DNA of 64,000 nt from a virus. Both the position numbers and the translations under genes were made by a program. The stretch lies in IMG/VR virus record IMGVR_UViG_3300027852_000031, positions 102,380 to 166,379 of that record; one strand, 5' to 3'. Positions 19,572 through 30,320 of this stretch are shown here, piece after piece (the stretch's first letter is position 1; the number at the start of each line of letters is the position of its first letter). The notes beneath the pieces are model-generated. The model worked only from the letters and a program-made list of their open reading frames with translations, ran no database searches and was not told the origin of the DNA.

Positions 19572-19600
19572 TATTTTTACTGATGTCTTATTAATTTGTT

Positions 19601-20047
19601 TTACCTTTTTCTTTTTCGATTTTGCTTAAGTTTTTTTGTACATTTTTGATTTTTTGCTGCAAAAACAGCATTAACCAAGTCGTCTGCGCGATGGTTTTCT
19701 CGCCTTGGAATCCATTTAATGGTGTAGTTTTCAAATTGCGATAATAGTTCTAGTACGAGATCACGATGTTGCCTAAGCTCTAATTTGTTAACCTTGAAGG
19801 TTCCAGTCACTTGTCTCACGACAAGTTGGCTATCCCCCATGATGTGAATAATATCTGCTCCGACCTTAATACTACCTTGTAGACCAGCAATTAGGGCACG
19901 ATATTCAGCGATATTGGACGTGCCCGCACCACACGTTCGATGGCCAGATGCGATTATCTTCGTTTCGTCGTTTGGATCAACAAGTAACCATCCATATGCA
20001 CAAATATTCTGTCGTATACCGCCATCGAAATAAAGTATAGCTTCCAT
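19601..20047 (-). CDS. rnhA: Ribonuclease HI
   Basis: YFDG, SNIAEYRAL, GDSQLVV, WIPRRENHRAD. Confidence 0.92.
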   Translation of the reverse strand: MEAILYFDGGIRQNICAYGWLLVDPNDETKIIASGHRTCGAGTSNIAEYRALIAGLQGSIKVGADIIHIMGDSQLVVRQVTGTFKVNKLELRQHRDLVLELLSQFENYTIKWIPRRENHRADDLVNAVFAAKNQKCTKKLKQNRKRKR

Positions 20048-21000
20048 TAAAAAGGTGTCTCTCCATCGCCGACTTCAGTTCGAGCGCCACTACACATGTC
20101 TCGGAAAAAACATCTTTCACAAGCACTTTCATTGTCTGTTTTCTTAAAATACGAAGGTTCGTCTTTGTGTTCGAATGACTCGGTCAATATCGGATATTCA
20201 TTTCTAATTATACCCGCTTGTCTTTCCATATGTTTCATTGTTACATCTAGGTGCGGTATTGCCCTCTCTCCTATATCGGCATATGCTGCTAAATACACGG
20301 GTATAATCACTATGTCTTGTGGTTTTTTAGCCCACCCCTGTTTCATAGCATACATAGCGTATGTAACCAATTGATCTATCACACTCTCATTCACACGACC
20401 AGTCTTCCAGTCCAATAAGTGTACTCTACCACCATACAGAAAGCCACAGTCAATTTTTACTGCGACATCTTCCCCTGTGTTCAGTTTAAACTTTTGGAAA
20501 TCTTCAATGGTAAGCCAGTCGTCGTCTGGCAGGCTTTGCATAATGGGAAACAAAGGCATATCATAAAATGCCTTAATGGATGATAGCACTTTATGCTTGA
20601 ATGAATTGCACCTATCCTTGTCGAGATCTTCCTGATAAAAATGCTCCGCTAAGTTAATATTTTTTTTGGGACTTCCCTGCCATCTTTTATCGACCGACTG
20701 TTTCCAACCCTTACGTAACGCTTGTATACCACTATGCTGTGCCTGTTCCAAGGTCTTCCAATCACCAGTCGCACGACCAAAAGTAATAATGTCTTCGATT
20801 ACATCGTGGACGACAGATCCCACGAACATCGGAAGATTGGTCATATTCTTTAGTGTGTAAGCTCTCTGTTTTTCTTGGGGAGCACTTGGTAACCAACCTT
20901 CCCACGCCTGAAAGTAAGTAAGATAATATTTCCACGCACATTCTCTTAGGCATTTGACCCGACTCTCGGACCACGCATACGACTGTTCTATATTACCCAC
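20047..21000 (-). CDS. PD-(D/E)XK RecB/Cas4-like nuclease
   Basis: GSVVHDVIE, KID, LDWKTG, QLVTY, CERCFFRDMC. Confidence 0.82.
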   Translation of the reverse strand: MGNIEQSYAWSESRVKCLRECAWKYYLTYFQAWEGWLPSAPQEKQRAYTLKNMTNLPMFVGSVVHDVIEDIITFGRATGDWKTLEQAQHSGIQALRKGWKQSVDKRWQGSPKKNINLAEHFYQEDLDKDRCNSFKHKVLSSIKAFYDMPLFPIMQSLPDDDWLTIEDFQKFKLNTGEDVAVKIDCGFLYGGRVHLLDWKTGRVNESVIDQLVTYAMYAMKQGWAKKPQDIVIIPVYLAAYADIGERAIPHLDVTMKHMERQAGIIRNEYPILTESFEHKDEPSYFKKTDNESACERCFFRDMCSGARTEVGDGETPF

Positions 21001-21011
21001 TATGAATATCC

Positions 21012-22220
21012 TTAATCAACAAATATAGGTGCCTCTACGGTTTTACCAGCTTTTGGATTTATCAGGAAAAACGCCTGTTGCGGTTTCTCGAACGAAGCTT
21101 TAATGCTCAGTGCATATGGCCCGTAACCAATAATAGATCCGTTACCGACAGCGTTCTTGGTGGAAAATCGTTGGTGCCAATGGCCAAATACATCTAAATA
21201 CGCCTGTTTAGATTGGTTCCATTGAGAAATAGCTTTGTTTAGTGGGATTGTTATACCCCCAACTCCACCCGCATATCTTAGATAGTTTCCATGATGAAAT
21301 CGTAATGTAAAGTTGTATATGTCAAGATAGTTAAAATAACCACGGGATAGTTTGAATTTAACAATTTTGGATTTAGCATAATGATGCATCAAAAAATTGT
21401 ATAACAACCATTCGTAGTTATTTTCTACACTTGTCGATATTCTTATCTTATCTGTTGTCCTTCCATGATTCCCTACATTTGTTACAATCACAATTTCTTC
21501 AAAATCACCATTTTGTACCATAAAATCGATAGCAGAAATGCACAACTTATAAACATCCAAACTAGCTTCTATCGGCGACATCGCATTGCTTTCCATTAGT
21601 TCGTCATGTATATAGCCTGCTATCAAATCTCCTCCAAGCCATATGACAAGCTTAGATATATTTGACTTCGACCTACACATATCAACTAACTTAAGTCCAT
21701 TTTGAAAAACTTTGCGGAATCTGGCGGTTGCTATTGTCGGGTTATATTCATTTAAACCATCAATTTTCTGCGGGTCAACAAGTTCTTCGTAATGGAGATC
21801 TGAACATAACATAACGGCTGTTGATTCGGATGGCTTGCCTTCTTTCTCTATGCTGATCGTGTTATTATTTATATGTTCCAGGTTCCGTGAAAACACTTCC
21901 ATGGCATTGGTCTGTTGTGTTTGTCGTTCAAACAACTGAAGCAATTCATTGTATTTGGCTTTTAACTTTCTGTTATCTTTGGCCACCGACCTAAGCTTTG
22001 CATCCAAACCGATTTCTTGATCTGGCGACAATTGTGGAGAACCAGCTACAAGACCTTTATCAATCGCACGATTATATCTACCACTTAATGTTTGTCTTGG
22101 TATACCTGCCGCTTTGGCTGCCCCCGATATAGTTCCATATTTATTAACTAAATCGATGGCTTCTTGAAGTTGTTTATGACATTCTGCCATGAGCAAATCA
22201 CACCTTTCTATTCTCGGCAA
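21012..22220 (-). CDS. N-terminal HTH + calcineurin-like metallophosphoesterase
   Basis: ISGAAKAAGIPRQTLSGR; SDLH, GD, GNHG, HHG, GHWH. Confidence 0.8.
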   Translation of the reverse strand: MPRIERCDLLMAECHKQLQEAIDLVNKYGTISGAAKAAGIPRQTLSGRYNRAIDKGLVAGSPQLSPDQEIGLDAKLRSVAKDNRKLKAKYNELLQLFERQTQQTNAMEVFSRNLEHINNNTISIEKEGKPSESTAVMLCSDLHYEELVDPQKIDGLNEYNPTIATARFRKVFQNGLKLVDMCRSKSNISKLVIWLGGDLIAGYIHDELMESNAMSPIEASLDVYKLCISAIDFMVQNGDFEEIVIVTNVGNHGRTTDKIRISTSVENNYEWLLYNFLMHHYAKSKIVKFKLSRGYFNYLDIYNFTLRFHHGNYLRYAGGVGGITIPLNKAISQWNQSKQAYLDVFGHWHQRFSTKNAVGNGSIIGYGPYALSIKASFEKPQQAFFLINPKAGKTVEAPIFVD

Positions 22221-22314
22221 ACCGCATATACTATTACTATCACAGACTATTATACAACCGAACGTCTATATATATTCGGATATTTTGGCTAATAATGTGT
22301 TACATATGGATTTT

Positions 22315-25038
22315 TTATGTGTCACATGCTCCGCTCGGACAATCATTAACAGAAGCCCCATCTGTCACTTGGTCTAAATGCTGTCTAGCTTCTTCCAATG
22401 GCACTGACATAAGTGGTGATTCTCCCTTACTGCCATCTCGATAAATAGTTATTCCTTTTAAATCACGGATACATGCCAGTATATCGTCAGACAGTTGTGT
22501 AATAGGATAATCATGCGGTATATTAATAGTTTTAGAAATAGAGTTATCTATATGTTTCTGACAAATAACTTGCATAGCTATGTGGTCTTTTGGATTTATA
22601 TCATGTGCTCCCTGGAAATGCCCTATAGACTTGTCGGCTAGAAGGAACGTTTTTAATAATGGATGTATAATTATTTCAGATTCTTTGCATCGTCTGCTCT
22701 CATCATGCATATCTTTGTGTTCGTTGAATTGTCTGCGATAAACTGGATGAAATAATGGTTCAATACCAGATGAACATCCAGAAACTATAGAAGTTGTTCC
22801 TGTCGGCGCAATAGTCAATAGTGCACAATTTCTGATACCATGCTCTTTAATCAATCTTCTATGTCGTTGGGTTAAATGCCTTTTTATAAATCCAGTTTTA
22901 ATATGTTTCTCAAAATCAATAGCTTGGAATGGACCCTTTTCGATCGCTAACGATATACTGGCATAATACGCTTGTTTTTTTACAAAATCCATAACCTTGT
23001 CAACGATATCTCTAGCGTCACTGGTGGAATACTTAAGTCCAATCTTAAGTAGCATATCATGCAAGCCCATGACGCCCAGACCAATTCTTCTGTGTTTCTG
23101 TGATGTCTCTTCTATAATTGGTAACGGGTAATGATTTTGATCAATAACATTGTCTAAGAAACGAACACCCATGGCGATAGTTTCTTCTAACAAATCCCAA
23201 TCGATTTTGTTATCAATTACATGAGTTGACAAATTGATGGCACCGAGACAACATGAACCCATATCCTCTAAAGCTTGTTCGCCACACGGATTGGTAGATG
23301 ATATTTCTCCTCCAGGGACGTAAGCCAATGAGTTTTTTTGCCTCATTAACCCAATATTCAAAATTCCTGGATCACCATTTTCCCAAGCATTTTTGATGAT
23401 GATATTCCATACTTCTTGGGCTGCTATCCTACCACGTTCTTCACCTTTCCACTTAAATATAATCTCACCATTGTTAGACAGTAGATCAAAAAATTCATCA
23501 TTTACTAAGATCGAAATATTCGCATTTGCTAATTCATTATTGTCCAATTTAGCACGAAGAAATTCTAGTAAGTCTGGATGTCTCCAGTCTAGACAATATA
23601 ACAGAGCGCTGCGACGACCTCCCCCCTCTCTCAATTCATTACATACAGCATTTACTGCTCTCATAAGACTTACAGATCCAGTAGCTTCTCCACCGGTACC
23701 CCTTATCGGAGTTCCTCTTGGTCGTATTTTGGAAAAATTAATACCGACACCACCACCAGTACCGGAAATAATGGTGACATTACGTAAGACATCGCCCCAT
23801 CCTTCTCTACTGTCATCTGCTGGTATGACAAAGCAATTTCCTGTTAAATAAAAATTGTCTATTACAAACGTATGCGTCTGTTGTTCTTCGCAACAAAAAA
23901 CTGTTTCATACCGATTAGTTTTTTCTACACCAACAACCTTGATACTACTTTTCTTCACATTGTCTTTTATTGATTTCGATACAATATTTTCCCTGTGCTT
24001 ATTTTTGATAATCAATTTATTATCAAATCCACTATTGCCAATAATTGACCCCTTACATATTGTTAGTTTGTATAAACTCGCTGCGCTTCCGTTAAACGGA
24101 TTTTCCGTTCGAACCAGTGTTACGGCAGTGGTGGCTATCCCGGCCAATTTACATATGTTCCTTGTATCACATAGAACATTTCTATTCTTATTGTGGATCA
24201 TACAGTGGCCTCGTTTATCGACATGCCCGTCAGATCCTATCAAGCCAGCCACAAACCCTCTTAAGTATGATCGGGATTTTGTTGTAGTTGGTAATTTTTT
24301 CCATTCTGGTGGATGCTTAGATGTAATTCTACCTCCAGTTGATGGCCAATCTCTAGCATCATTAAAAAAGTCATCCACTAGATGACGACTATCTCCAAAT
24401 TGCTGTAGCCGAGAATATTTTCCGTTCATATAGAGTGAACCATCGCCGAAAACCAACCCATGTCTAACACCACATACATATTCTTCATCATCGTAGTCGA
24501 ATCGAAGTGATGGTTCAATCAATATTCTTTTGTTCAATAATTCTTTTGTTTTTACCTTTTTTATTGTTTTTCCATTTTTGTAAACTGGCCATTCATGTTC
24601 CAACGTCGCAAAAAGTATATCACCATTCTCAAGTGTAATACGGTATAAGTATTGTTCGCCAGCGTTAAACCATGTAGCAGAACGAAAAACTCCGTCAATA
24701 GATAATACATCTGCTGTGGTGCCACCCAAAAGCTTTATAGGAATGGCACCATAATATTTTGTTTGTACCAGCGTTTCTCCCGACAAACAATTCAGCATTT
24801 GCCCCCTTGGTCGTCCTGCACCTCTCCAAATACGACCACCAGGAGAAAACCTATTGGTACCCAATATATTCATAAATCTATTGAAGTATTCATCTCTTTT
24901 TACACCCATCTCTGCATCAGCTATCGCCCTAGCAACTCTTTCGCACGCCTGAGCGAATGTCTCATCTGGATGAATTGCGTATCGATCTTTAAATATTTTT
25001 AACGCAAACCCTTCTGGTTCGTATCTGTCCAACCCCAC
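22315..25038 (-). CDS. nrdJ: Ribonucleotide reductase, probably class II (B12-dependent), containing an intein
   Basis: N|CF, GGGVG, TNPCGE, APTGTTS, C-terminal CPSGAC; no ATP cone; GTG 25038 with GGGGAG RBS. Confidence 0.88.
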   Translation of the reverse strand: MGLDRYEPEGFALKIFKDRYAIHPDETFAQACERVARAIADAEMGVKRDEYFNRFMNILGTNRFSPGGRIWRGAGRPRGQMLNCLSGETLVQTKYYGAIPIKLLGGTTADVLSIDGVFRSATWFNAGEQYLYRITLENGDILFATLEHEWPVYKNGKTIKKVKTKELLNKRILIEPSLRFDYDDEEYVCGVRHGLVFGDGSLYMNGKYSRLQQFGDSRHLVDDFFNDARDWPSTGGRITSKHPPEWKKLPTTTKSRSYLRGFVAGLIGSDGHVDKRGHCMIHNKNRNVLCDTRNICKLAGIATTAVTLVRTENPFNGSAASLYKLTICKGSIIGNSGFDNKLIIKNKHRENIVSKSIKDNVKKSSIKVVGVEKTNRYETVFCCEEQQTHTFVIDNFYLTGNCFVIPADDSREGWGDVLRNVTIISGTGGGVGINFSKIRPRGTPIRGTGGEATGSVSLMRAVNAVCNELREGGGRRSALLYCLDWRHPDLLEFLRAKLDNNELANANISILVNDEFFDLLSNNGEIIFKWKGEERGRIAAQEVWNIIIKNAWENGDPGILNIGLMRQKNSLAYVPGGEISSTNPCGEQALEDMGSCCLGAINLSTHVIDNKIDWDLLEETIAMGVRFLDNVIDQNHYPLPIIEETSQKHRRIGLGVMGLHDMLLKIGLKYSTSDARDIVDKVMDFVKKQAYYASISLAIEKGPFQAIDFEKHIKTGFIKRHLTQRHRRLIKEHGIRNCALLTIAPTGTTSIVSGCSSGIEPLFHPVYRRQFNEHKDMHDESRRCKESEIIIHPLLKTFLLADKSIGHFQGAHDINPKDHIAMQVICQKHIDNSISKTINIPHDYPITQLSDDILACIRDLKGITIYRDGSKGESPLMSVPLEEARQHLDQVTDGASVNDCPSGACDT
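23836..24789 (-). mobile_element. Intein (318 aa) with LAGLIDADG endonuclease in NrdJ
   Basis: Starts CLSGET, TLEHEW, GLVFGDG and GLIGSDG, ends TGN|C. Confidence 0.9.
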
Positions 25039-25673
25039 TAAGAATCTCCCCCTTCGATATTTATACTTTCTCTGGTTGTACAATCTAAAAATTTGGTTTT
25101 TTCCCCGATAAGTCGATATCGCAAGTAATCATCCACTGTTTTCTTGAATGGATCTATAACGTGGCGACAATATTCACCATGTGATGCATAAGACTTAGAA
25201 TCAGCTATTCTTAAGCGAAACCAATTATCGATATTTGCGACACCAACATTAGCGACAAATTTACGAACTGTTCGTGGCCTTAATTCGCCACTAATATCGT
25301 GCATATGGGTAGCCACCAGCTTAGATATATCACGTACTACACCTTTGGATACTTCAAAATATTTTAATTTTTTTTGAGCTATCTCGGCTGACTTTTTAGC
25401 ATGACAAGGAAATCTATGCATAGATTGGTCGGGCATCGGTTGTACATTGCATTTACCGAGATCATGAAACATAGCTGCCAATAAAAGCGTAGGTGTTTTA
25501 GGTGTTATATGACTCATTACGCTAATTGTGTGTTCCCATACGGATTGGCCATTTCTTTGGAAGATTCCCATACTTATGGCTATTTCTGGGATATCAATAT
25601 TTCTGTTCAACAAATATTCGCCAGGAGAAGAAGCGTTCATTATTCCTGCAATAATTGGATTTACTGGTTTCAT
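25038..25673 (-). CDS. HD-domain phosphohydrolase (CCA-enzyme HD-like)
   Basis: VWEHT, AAMFHDLGK, HAKKSA, HM, IAD. Confidence 0.8.
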   Translation of the reverse strand: MKPVNPIIAGIMNASSPGEYLLNRNIDIPEIAISMGIFQRNGQSVWEHTISVMSHITPKTPTLLLAAMFHDLGKCNVQPMPDQSMHRFPCHAKKSAEIAQKKLKYFEVSKGVVRDISKLVATHMHDISGELRPRTVRKFVANVGVANIDNWFRLRIADSKSYASHGEYCRHVIDPFKKTVDDYLRYRLIGEKTKFLDCTTRESINIEGGDS

Positions 25674-26506
25674 GGGGTTATCACGGTATTATCAATCAAC
25701 TCTCTGGCTACGTCTATAGATATTGCTTGTGCTAGATGGGACACGCAATCTCCTGTCCAGGTTGTAGCTGCTTTAAATGGTATCCCAATCAGATAATAAT
25801 GACCATCATATTCTCGAAATAAACCACCACCGCTAGAACCGGGCGTAATTTGTGCAGTGTTGCCATAAACAACCCATTGTTTTTCGCCATATGTGCCAGT
25901 AATTATGTCAGCGATTATTCCAACAGTCGGTGTTGGTTCTCTACCTAGCTGGCAGCTGATTGTAAATATGTCGTCAAAAATTTGAATTTGGTTGAGCATT
26001 TCACTGGTAGCAATTTTCGCTATACCAAGTTTGTCGTTTGAATGAAATGATAAAATGGCTAGATCATATCCAACATCTTCGCTGACTATGTTCGCATCAT
26101 ATCTAATCCAATTATCATTTTCGTTATCAAACACTATTATATAACATGGTGTCTCAACCCATGATAATTCTAATCTACCAGTGATGGAATTAACATTTTC
26201 TAGTTTGGTTTGCCATCTTTGCGAAACCACATGAGCATTTGTCAAAACATGATACTCTGTTATCTCTAGTCCATCATCTTGGATGGCCGATATTAACGTT
26301 CCCGACCCACTTCCATTGTTTGTCCCTACATATACTACTACGTCGAGCATTTCTGTATGTTTCAAGTCGACTAATGGCGTATCTTGAATAAGTGGCGATA
26401 AATTATTATCGTTTATCGCTTCTGGTATTTGATAGGTTAATGATATCCATATTACAGATAAAGCTACGAACACAACAGTTAACATTGTAATTAGTGGTTT
26501 GTTCAT
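25670..26506 (-). CDS. Membrane-anchored trypsin-like serine protease
   Basis: N-terminal TM; LTNAHVV, DLAIL, PGSSGG triad motifs. Confidence 0.88.
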   Translation of the reverse strand: MNKPLITMLTVVFVALSVIWISLTYQIPEAINDNNLSPLIQDTPLVDLKHTEMLDVVVYVGTNNGSGSGTLISAIQDDGLEITEYHVLTNAHVVSQRWQTKLENVNSITGRLELSWVETPCYIIVFDNENDNWIRYDANIVSEDVGYDLAILSFHSNDKLGIAKIATSEMLNQIQIFDDIFTISCQLGREPTPTVGIIADIITGTYGEKQWVVYGNTAQITPGSSGGGLFREYDGHYYLIGIPFKAATTWTGDCVSHLAQAISIDVARELIDNTVITP

Positions 26507-26519
26507 TTGTTGTCCTATC

Positions 26520-26549
26520 AAAAAAGAGCGACCCCCGACCGGGTCGCTC
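26520..26549 (-). terminator. Intrinsic terminator
   Basis: GAGCGACCC stem (9 bp), 6-nt loop, followed by U6 on minus strand. Confidence 0.8.
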
Positions 26550-26561
26550 CTAGATTAATAT

Positions 26562-27011
26562 CTATATATTAAATTCTTCGACAGCTTCTAGTGCCCCACC
26601 AATACCTGCAGAGATAATTTGCAGTACTGCTTCCTGATCTTGCGTTAAATCTAATTCGGCTGATTGCAAATATCGTTCAAGAACATCTATGATGGTAAAG
26701 CCATATATTATATATTTTTGAGGTAATTGCGATGCCAACAACAGCCTTGCACCTGTAAAATCAGGAACTCCAGGTACAGACAGCAGGTCTTGTAGAGCTA
26801 TCAGATAATTTTTAATAGTATCCACATCTTCGGAAGTTGTTTCTGCTTCTACTAGCGTTATTCTTGTAGCCAGCTTCGCGAACATAAAAACATCTGCTTT
26901 AATTTGCGGCACATTGTCTGGCCACGGTTGGTGTGATCCGAGGGTTGCGCATCCCGGAGCGATAAAACACATACTACACAAGACGGCGGCAATAAGTAGC
27001 CAATTTTTCAT
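26562..27011 (-). CDS. Putative lipoprotein
   Basis: Signal peptide with APGC lipobox. Confidence 0.6.
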   Translation of the reverse strand: MKNWLLIAAVLCSMCFIAPGCATLGSHQPWPDNVPQIKADVFMFAKLATRITLVEAETTSEDVDTIKNYLIALQDLLSVPGVPDFTGARLLLASQLPQKYIIYGFTIIDVLERYLQSAELDLTQDQEAVLQIISAGIGGALEAVEEFNI

Positions 27012-27076
27012 TTGAGTTCCTTTCTGTTATTCTGTAATTCGTATCTATTGATATTTTATACACATTATATTATACG

Positions 27077-27397
27077 TTAATTTTTATCTCTGTTCATTTT
27101 ATTTCTACGTATTTGCTTATCTACTTGCCGATTATCTGTATCATTTTGACGTCCATATTTCCATGATCTTTTTGGCTTTTTATCTTTATTATGCAGTACT
27201 TCTCTGCCAATTTGATAACATTCAGAACAAACGACATGGTTAGAGTGCGGTGGTGTATGGGCTAATCTACATGGACCACAGCATTCAAGTTTATGTCCAC
27301 CCACACAAGCGCACAAATCAATACCAATAAACTTTTTCAGTCTCTCTTTTTTCTTTTTTTCTCTTTTGTGTTTATTCCGACTATTTTCGTTTGTCAT
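27077..27397 (-). CDS. Basic Cys-containing hypothetical protein
   Basis: AGGA RBS; co-oriented ORF. Confidence 0.55.
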   Translation of the reverse strand: MTNENSRNKHKREKKKKERLKKFIGIDLCACVGGHKLECCGPCRLAHTPPHSNHVVCSECYQIGREVLHNKDKKPKRSWKYGRQNDTDNRQVDKQIRRNKMNRDKN

Positions 27398-27406
27398 TAT
27401 ATCCTT

Positions 27407-27913
27407 CTATCTAATCAAAAAATGTTGTCTCATCCTGTCGAGTGCCCTATGTTTCGCGTGAAACACAGTAGACGGTGCTGTCCCATTGTCTTCCGCGATA
27501 TCTCTCATAGTCTTGTGATCCCAAAATAGTTGTGTTATTACATCTCTTTCTTCGTCATTAAGACACGACAATCCTTCTTCTGCCGACATACTAGTATCAA
27601 AATCTTCATTAGTTTCAGATAGATCCATTATTGTATCTAGAGATACTAGTCCTATTCTCTTTGGTCTACGATCGTAATCTCTCATATGACGAAATACACC
27701 AAATAGCCTACTATATAGAAATGTACTAAAAGCTGCTCTGCCATCGTAGCATATCAGACATTTGAGGAGTTCGACAACACCTTGTGATTTAAGTTCTTCT
27801 ATTTGGTGTTGATTTTCACCAACCCGATAACATAACAGATAAATAAGTTTCTCATATTTTTTTAGTGCATGGTTGAAATAACCATTGGTTATTCTTCTGT
27901 TGATTTTCATCAT
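27407..27913 (-). CDS. Sigma-70 family RNA polymerase sigma factor (regions 2 and 4)
   Basis: YDGRAAFSTFLY; LNDEERDVI...TMRDIAE...STVFHAKHRALDRMR. Confidence 0.85.
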   Translation of the reverse strand: MMKINRRITNGYFNHALKKYEKLIYLLCYRVGENQHQIEELKSQGVVELLKCLICYDGRAAFSTFLYSRLFGVFRHMRDYDRRPKRIGLVSLDTIMDLSETNEDFDTSMSAEEGLSCLNDEERDVITQLFWDHKTMRDIAEDNGTAPSTVFHAKHRALDRMRQHFLIR

Positions 27914-27925
27914 TTTATAGATCCA

Positions 27926-28568
27926 TTATTGGGAAACACGTTTCTCAAGCTCCGGGGTCCATATCCCATCGATCAGTCCCACCGTAATAGCTTCATCTGG
28001 CGACATCCATTTTGTTTCTTGCATCATTTTGAGCAACGTCTTTTGGTTGACCTTTAATTGTTTTGCTAAAGAAGCCACTTTCTTGTTGTAATCTACCTGC
28101 ACGTGATTCAGCATGCCTACATGCTTCTCTATAGATTGACCAGTCGATCCTATTATTATCGAATGAAGCATTATGGAAGAATTAGCAGTAGCGTACCTAC
28201 ACCCTTTTGTTCCAAACGCAGCTATTATAGCACTCATTGAGTTTGCTTGTCCACGCACAATGGTATAAATTGGACAAGAACTTAGTAACATTTGATCCAC
28301 AATAGCATATCCAGATGTTAAGCATCCACCAGGACTGTGTATGTACATATAAATTGGTTCATTCGTAAGACTAAATAGCTGTAGGTAGTTGCAGATATGT
28401 GTCGAGACAACTTCATCAATTTCTCCGACTACCATAAGCCGTCTGGTTCGGACAAGTAATTCTTCAACCATTTCATCAGAATTGAGAGACACATACGTCT
28501 CTTCTTCTTCCTTTTCACTATGGCAATTAGATAAACTATCAATTTTATTCCGTCGTGGCATTAACATA
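27926..28568 (-). CDS. clpP: ClpP protease subunit
   Basis: YIHSPGG, ANSMSA (Ser), IMLH (His), WMSPDEAITVGLID; start approximate. Confidence 0.9.
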
Positions 28569-29435
28569 TTTTGCTCCAAAAGGATGACATTGGCTATGAA
28601 TGTCACGCAGAGTATCTAATTGAACATCAAGGTATCTTTGTGTGGTAGACAATTGTTGATGACCAAGTATGGTTTGAATTAAGTCTATATCCATTCCATT
28701 ATTCATTAAGTCAGTTGCACAACTTTTTCTTAACGAATGAGAAGTTGTATGATTTACCCCCGCGCGGCGAGAATAATATGTAATCATATCACTAACCGCT
28801 CGACGCTTTAGTCGACTTCCATCTTGGCATACAAAAACAGCTTTTGTAGAAGACTGTCTATCGTATTCTATGTATTCCTGGACAGCCGAAAGGCAGGAAT
28901 GGGTAGTGGGAACAACTCGATCTCGACATCCTTTTCCATGTATTAGCAATTCTCGGCTTTTGATATTTATATCTTCCAGGTCTAACCCACAAAGTTCGGA
29001 AACTCGCAATCCACTATGGTACAGTATTAATACAATAGCGACATTACGACGAACGTTGCCGCCTCTAGGTGTCTGTGACATGTCATGGATAACAGATATA
29101 ATTCTATCAATTTCACTTTTACAAATAACATGTCCACTCCTGCTTTCTGCTCTAACAGAATCTAAATTTTTTAATGAATTAATGTTTATTTTTCCAACAG
29201 TTGCTAAATATCGGAAAAAACATCTTACCGACATATATTTCCTTCGTATGGTTGTAGATAACAATCGCTTTGTTTTAAGATGGCCAATAAAATCATCCAC
29301 CAAATCAATATCAAAACCTTTATCTTCTGTAAAATTTAGGAATTCGCCAACATCGTACATATACGCCCGCGATGTTTCTTCGCTAAGGTATAGTTCCGTT
29401 TGAATATATTGTTTAAATTCATCAATTAGTACCAT
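28545..29435 (-). CDS. xerD: XerC/D-family tyrosine recombinase
   Basis: GLRVSE, GKG, HSLR, LGH, TTQRY catalytic set intact. Confidence 0.9.
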   Translation of the reverse strand: MVLIDEFKQYIQTELYLSEETSRAYMYDVGEFLNFTEDKGFDIDLVDDFIGHLKTKRLLSTTIRRKYMSVRCFFRYLATVGKININSLKNLDSVRAESRSGHVICKSEIDRIISVIHDMSQTPRGGNVRRNVAIVLILYHSGLRVSELCGLDLEDINIKSRELLIHGKGCRDRVVPTTHSCLSAVQEYIEYDRQSSTKAVFVCQDGSRLKRRAVSDMITYYSRRAGVNHTTSHSLRKSCATDLMNNGMDIDLIQTILGHQQLSTTQRYLDVQLDTLRDIHSQCHPFGAKYVNATTE

Positions 29436-29494
29436 ATATATTCTCTACCATATTATACGACGCTATACCATGACTGTTTTGGGAATGTTATATT

Positions 29495-30319
29495 TTACAC
29501 ATTTGGAAAATCCGACTCAACCCCTTCTGTTCCGTCATCCAATTTTATTATTTTAAGCCCATGTGCAAAAAGTGGTGCTTGATTTTGTAAAATCTTGCAC
29601 ATTTTAATAGCCAATTTTCTTATTTCCAAATCAGCAGCTGGGTTGGCCCTTAATTCAATAAAATGACGCACAGCCCTAGCATTCATTGTCACAACTATCT
29701 TTGTCTCCGTCGCATTTGGCAAAACAGATCTTGCTGCTTGTCTAGCTTTCTTTCTGCGTTCAAGCCCACTATCAATATCAGAATACATTTCTGACAAACG
29801 ATTGGTCAAATCGTTGTATAGATGCTGAGATTTTGTGCAATGTTCCATCCATTCGTCATATGCTTCTTTGTCAATTTCTGCCAACTCTTGAATAGCTTGT
29901 GGGACAATAAAAGCTACATTTGATGAATCAACGTACCGTTGACTTAGTTGTGAATACGAAGCAATCCGATGTCTAACTAGTTCGTGAGTAAGACTGCGTG
30001 ATATATTCCACATAGCAAATGTAAAAGTTGCATGCTCGATACATGCGCCATGACCTACCTCTATAAGATGTTTGATGTGATCGTCGTGAGATCTTCCCTT
30101 TTGTGTCTCGCCATTCTTGGGCCAGGATTGATAGCACATTCTACCAGCAAATTCAGTAATCCATTCGCCATCGTCATCTCCGAGACTCACCATAGACTCT
30201 AACTTTTCTGTAAGTTCTGGCCAGGAATAATCGTGATCTTCCAAAAATCGTATTATACCTTCAATTTCAAGAACAGGCTTTCCGACTAGTGAGACTTCTG
30301 GTTCTGTAATAAAATTCAT
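29495..30319 (-). CDS. thyX: FAD-dependent thymidylate synthase
   Basis: SRSLTHELVRHR..SYSQLSQRY; ARSVLP. Confidence 0.96.
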   Translation of the reverse strand: MNFITEPEVSLVGKPVLEIEGIIRFLEDHDYSWPELTEKLESMVSLGDDDGEWITEFAGRMCYQSWPKNGETQKGRSHDDHIKHLIEVGHGACIEHATFTFAMWNISRSLTHELVRHRIASYSQLSQRYVDSSNVAFIVPQAIQELAEIDKEAYDEWMEHCTKSQHLYNDLTNRLSEMYSDIDSGLERRKKARQAARSVLPNATETKIVVTMNARAVRHFIELRANPAADLEIRKLAIKMCKILQNQAPLFAHGLKIIKLDDGTEGVESDFPNV

Positions 30320-30320
30320 G

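Noticed and set aside
7236-21000. CRISPR-Cas system from two Cas4-like nucleases
   Set aside because: No repeat-spacer array or other cas genes seen; stand-alone PD-(D/E)XK nucleases are common in phages
27050-27082. Possible dif site for the Xer recombinase
   Set aside because: Only loose AT-rich resemblance to the XerD arm; better explained as a TATAAT promoter region
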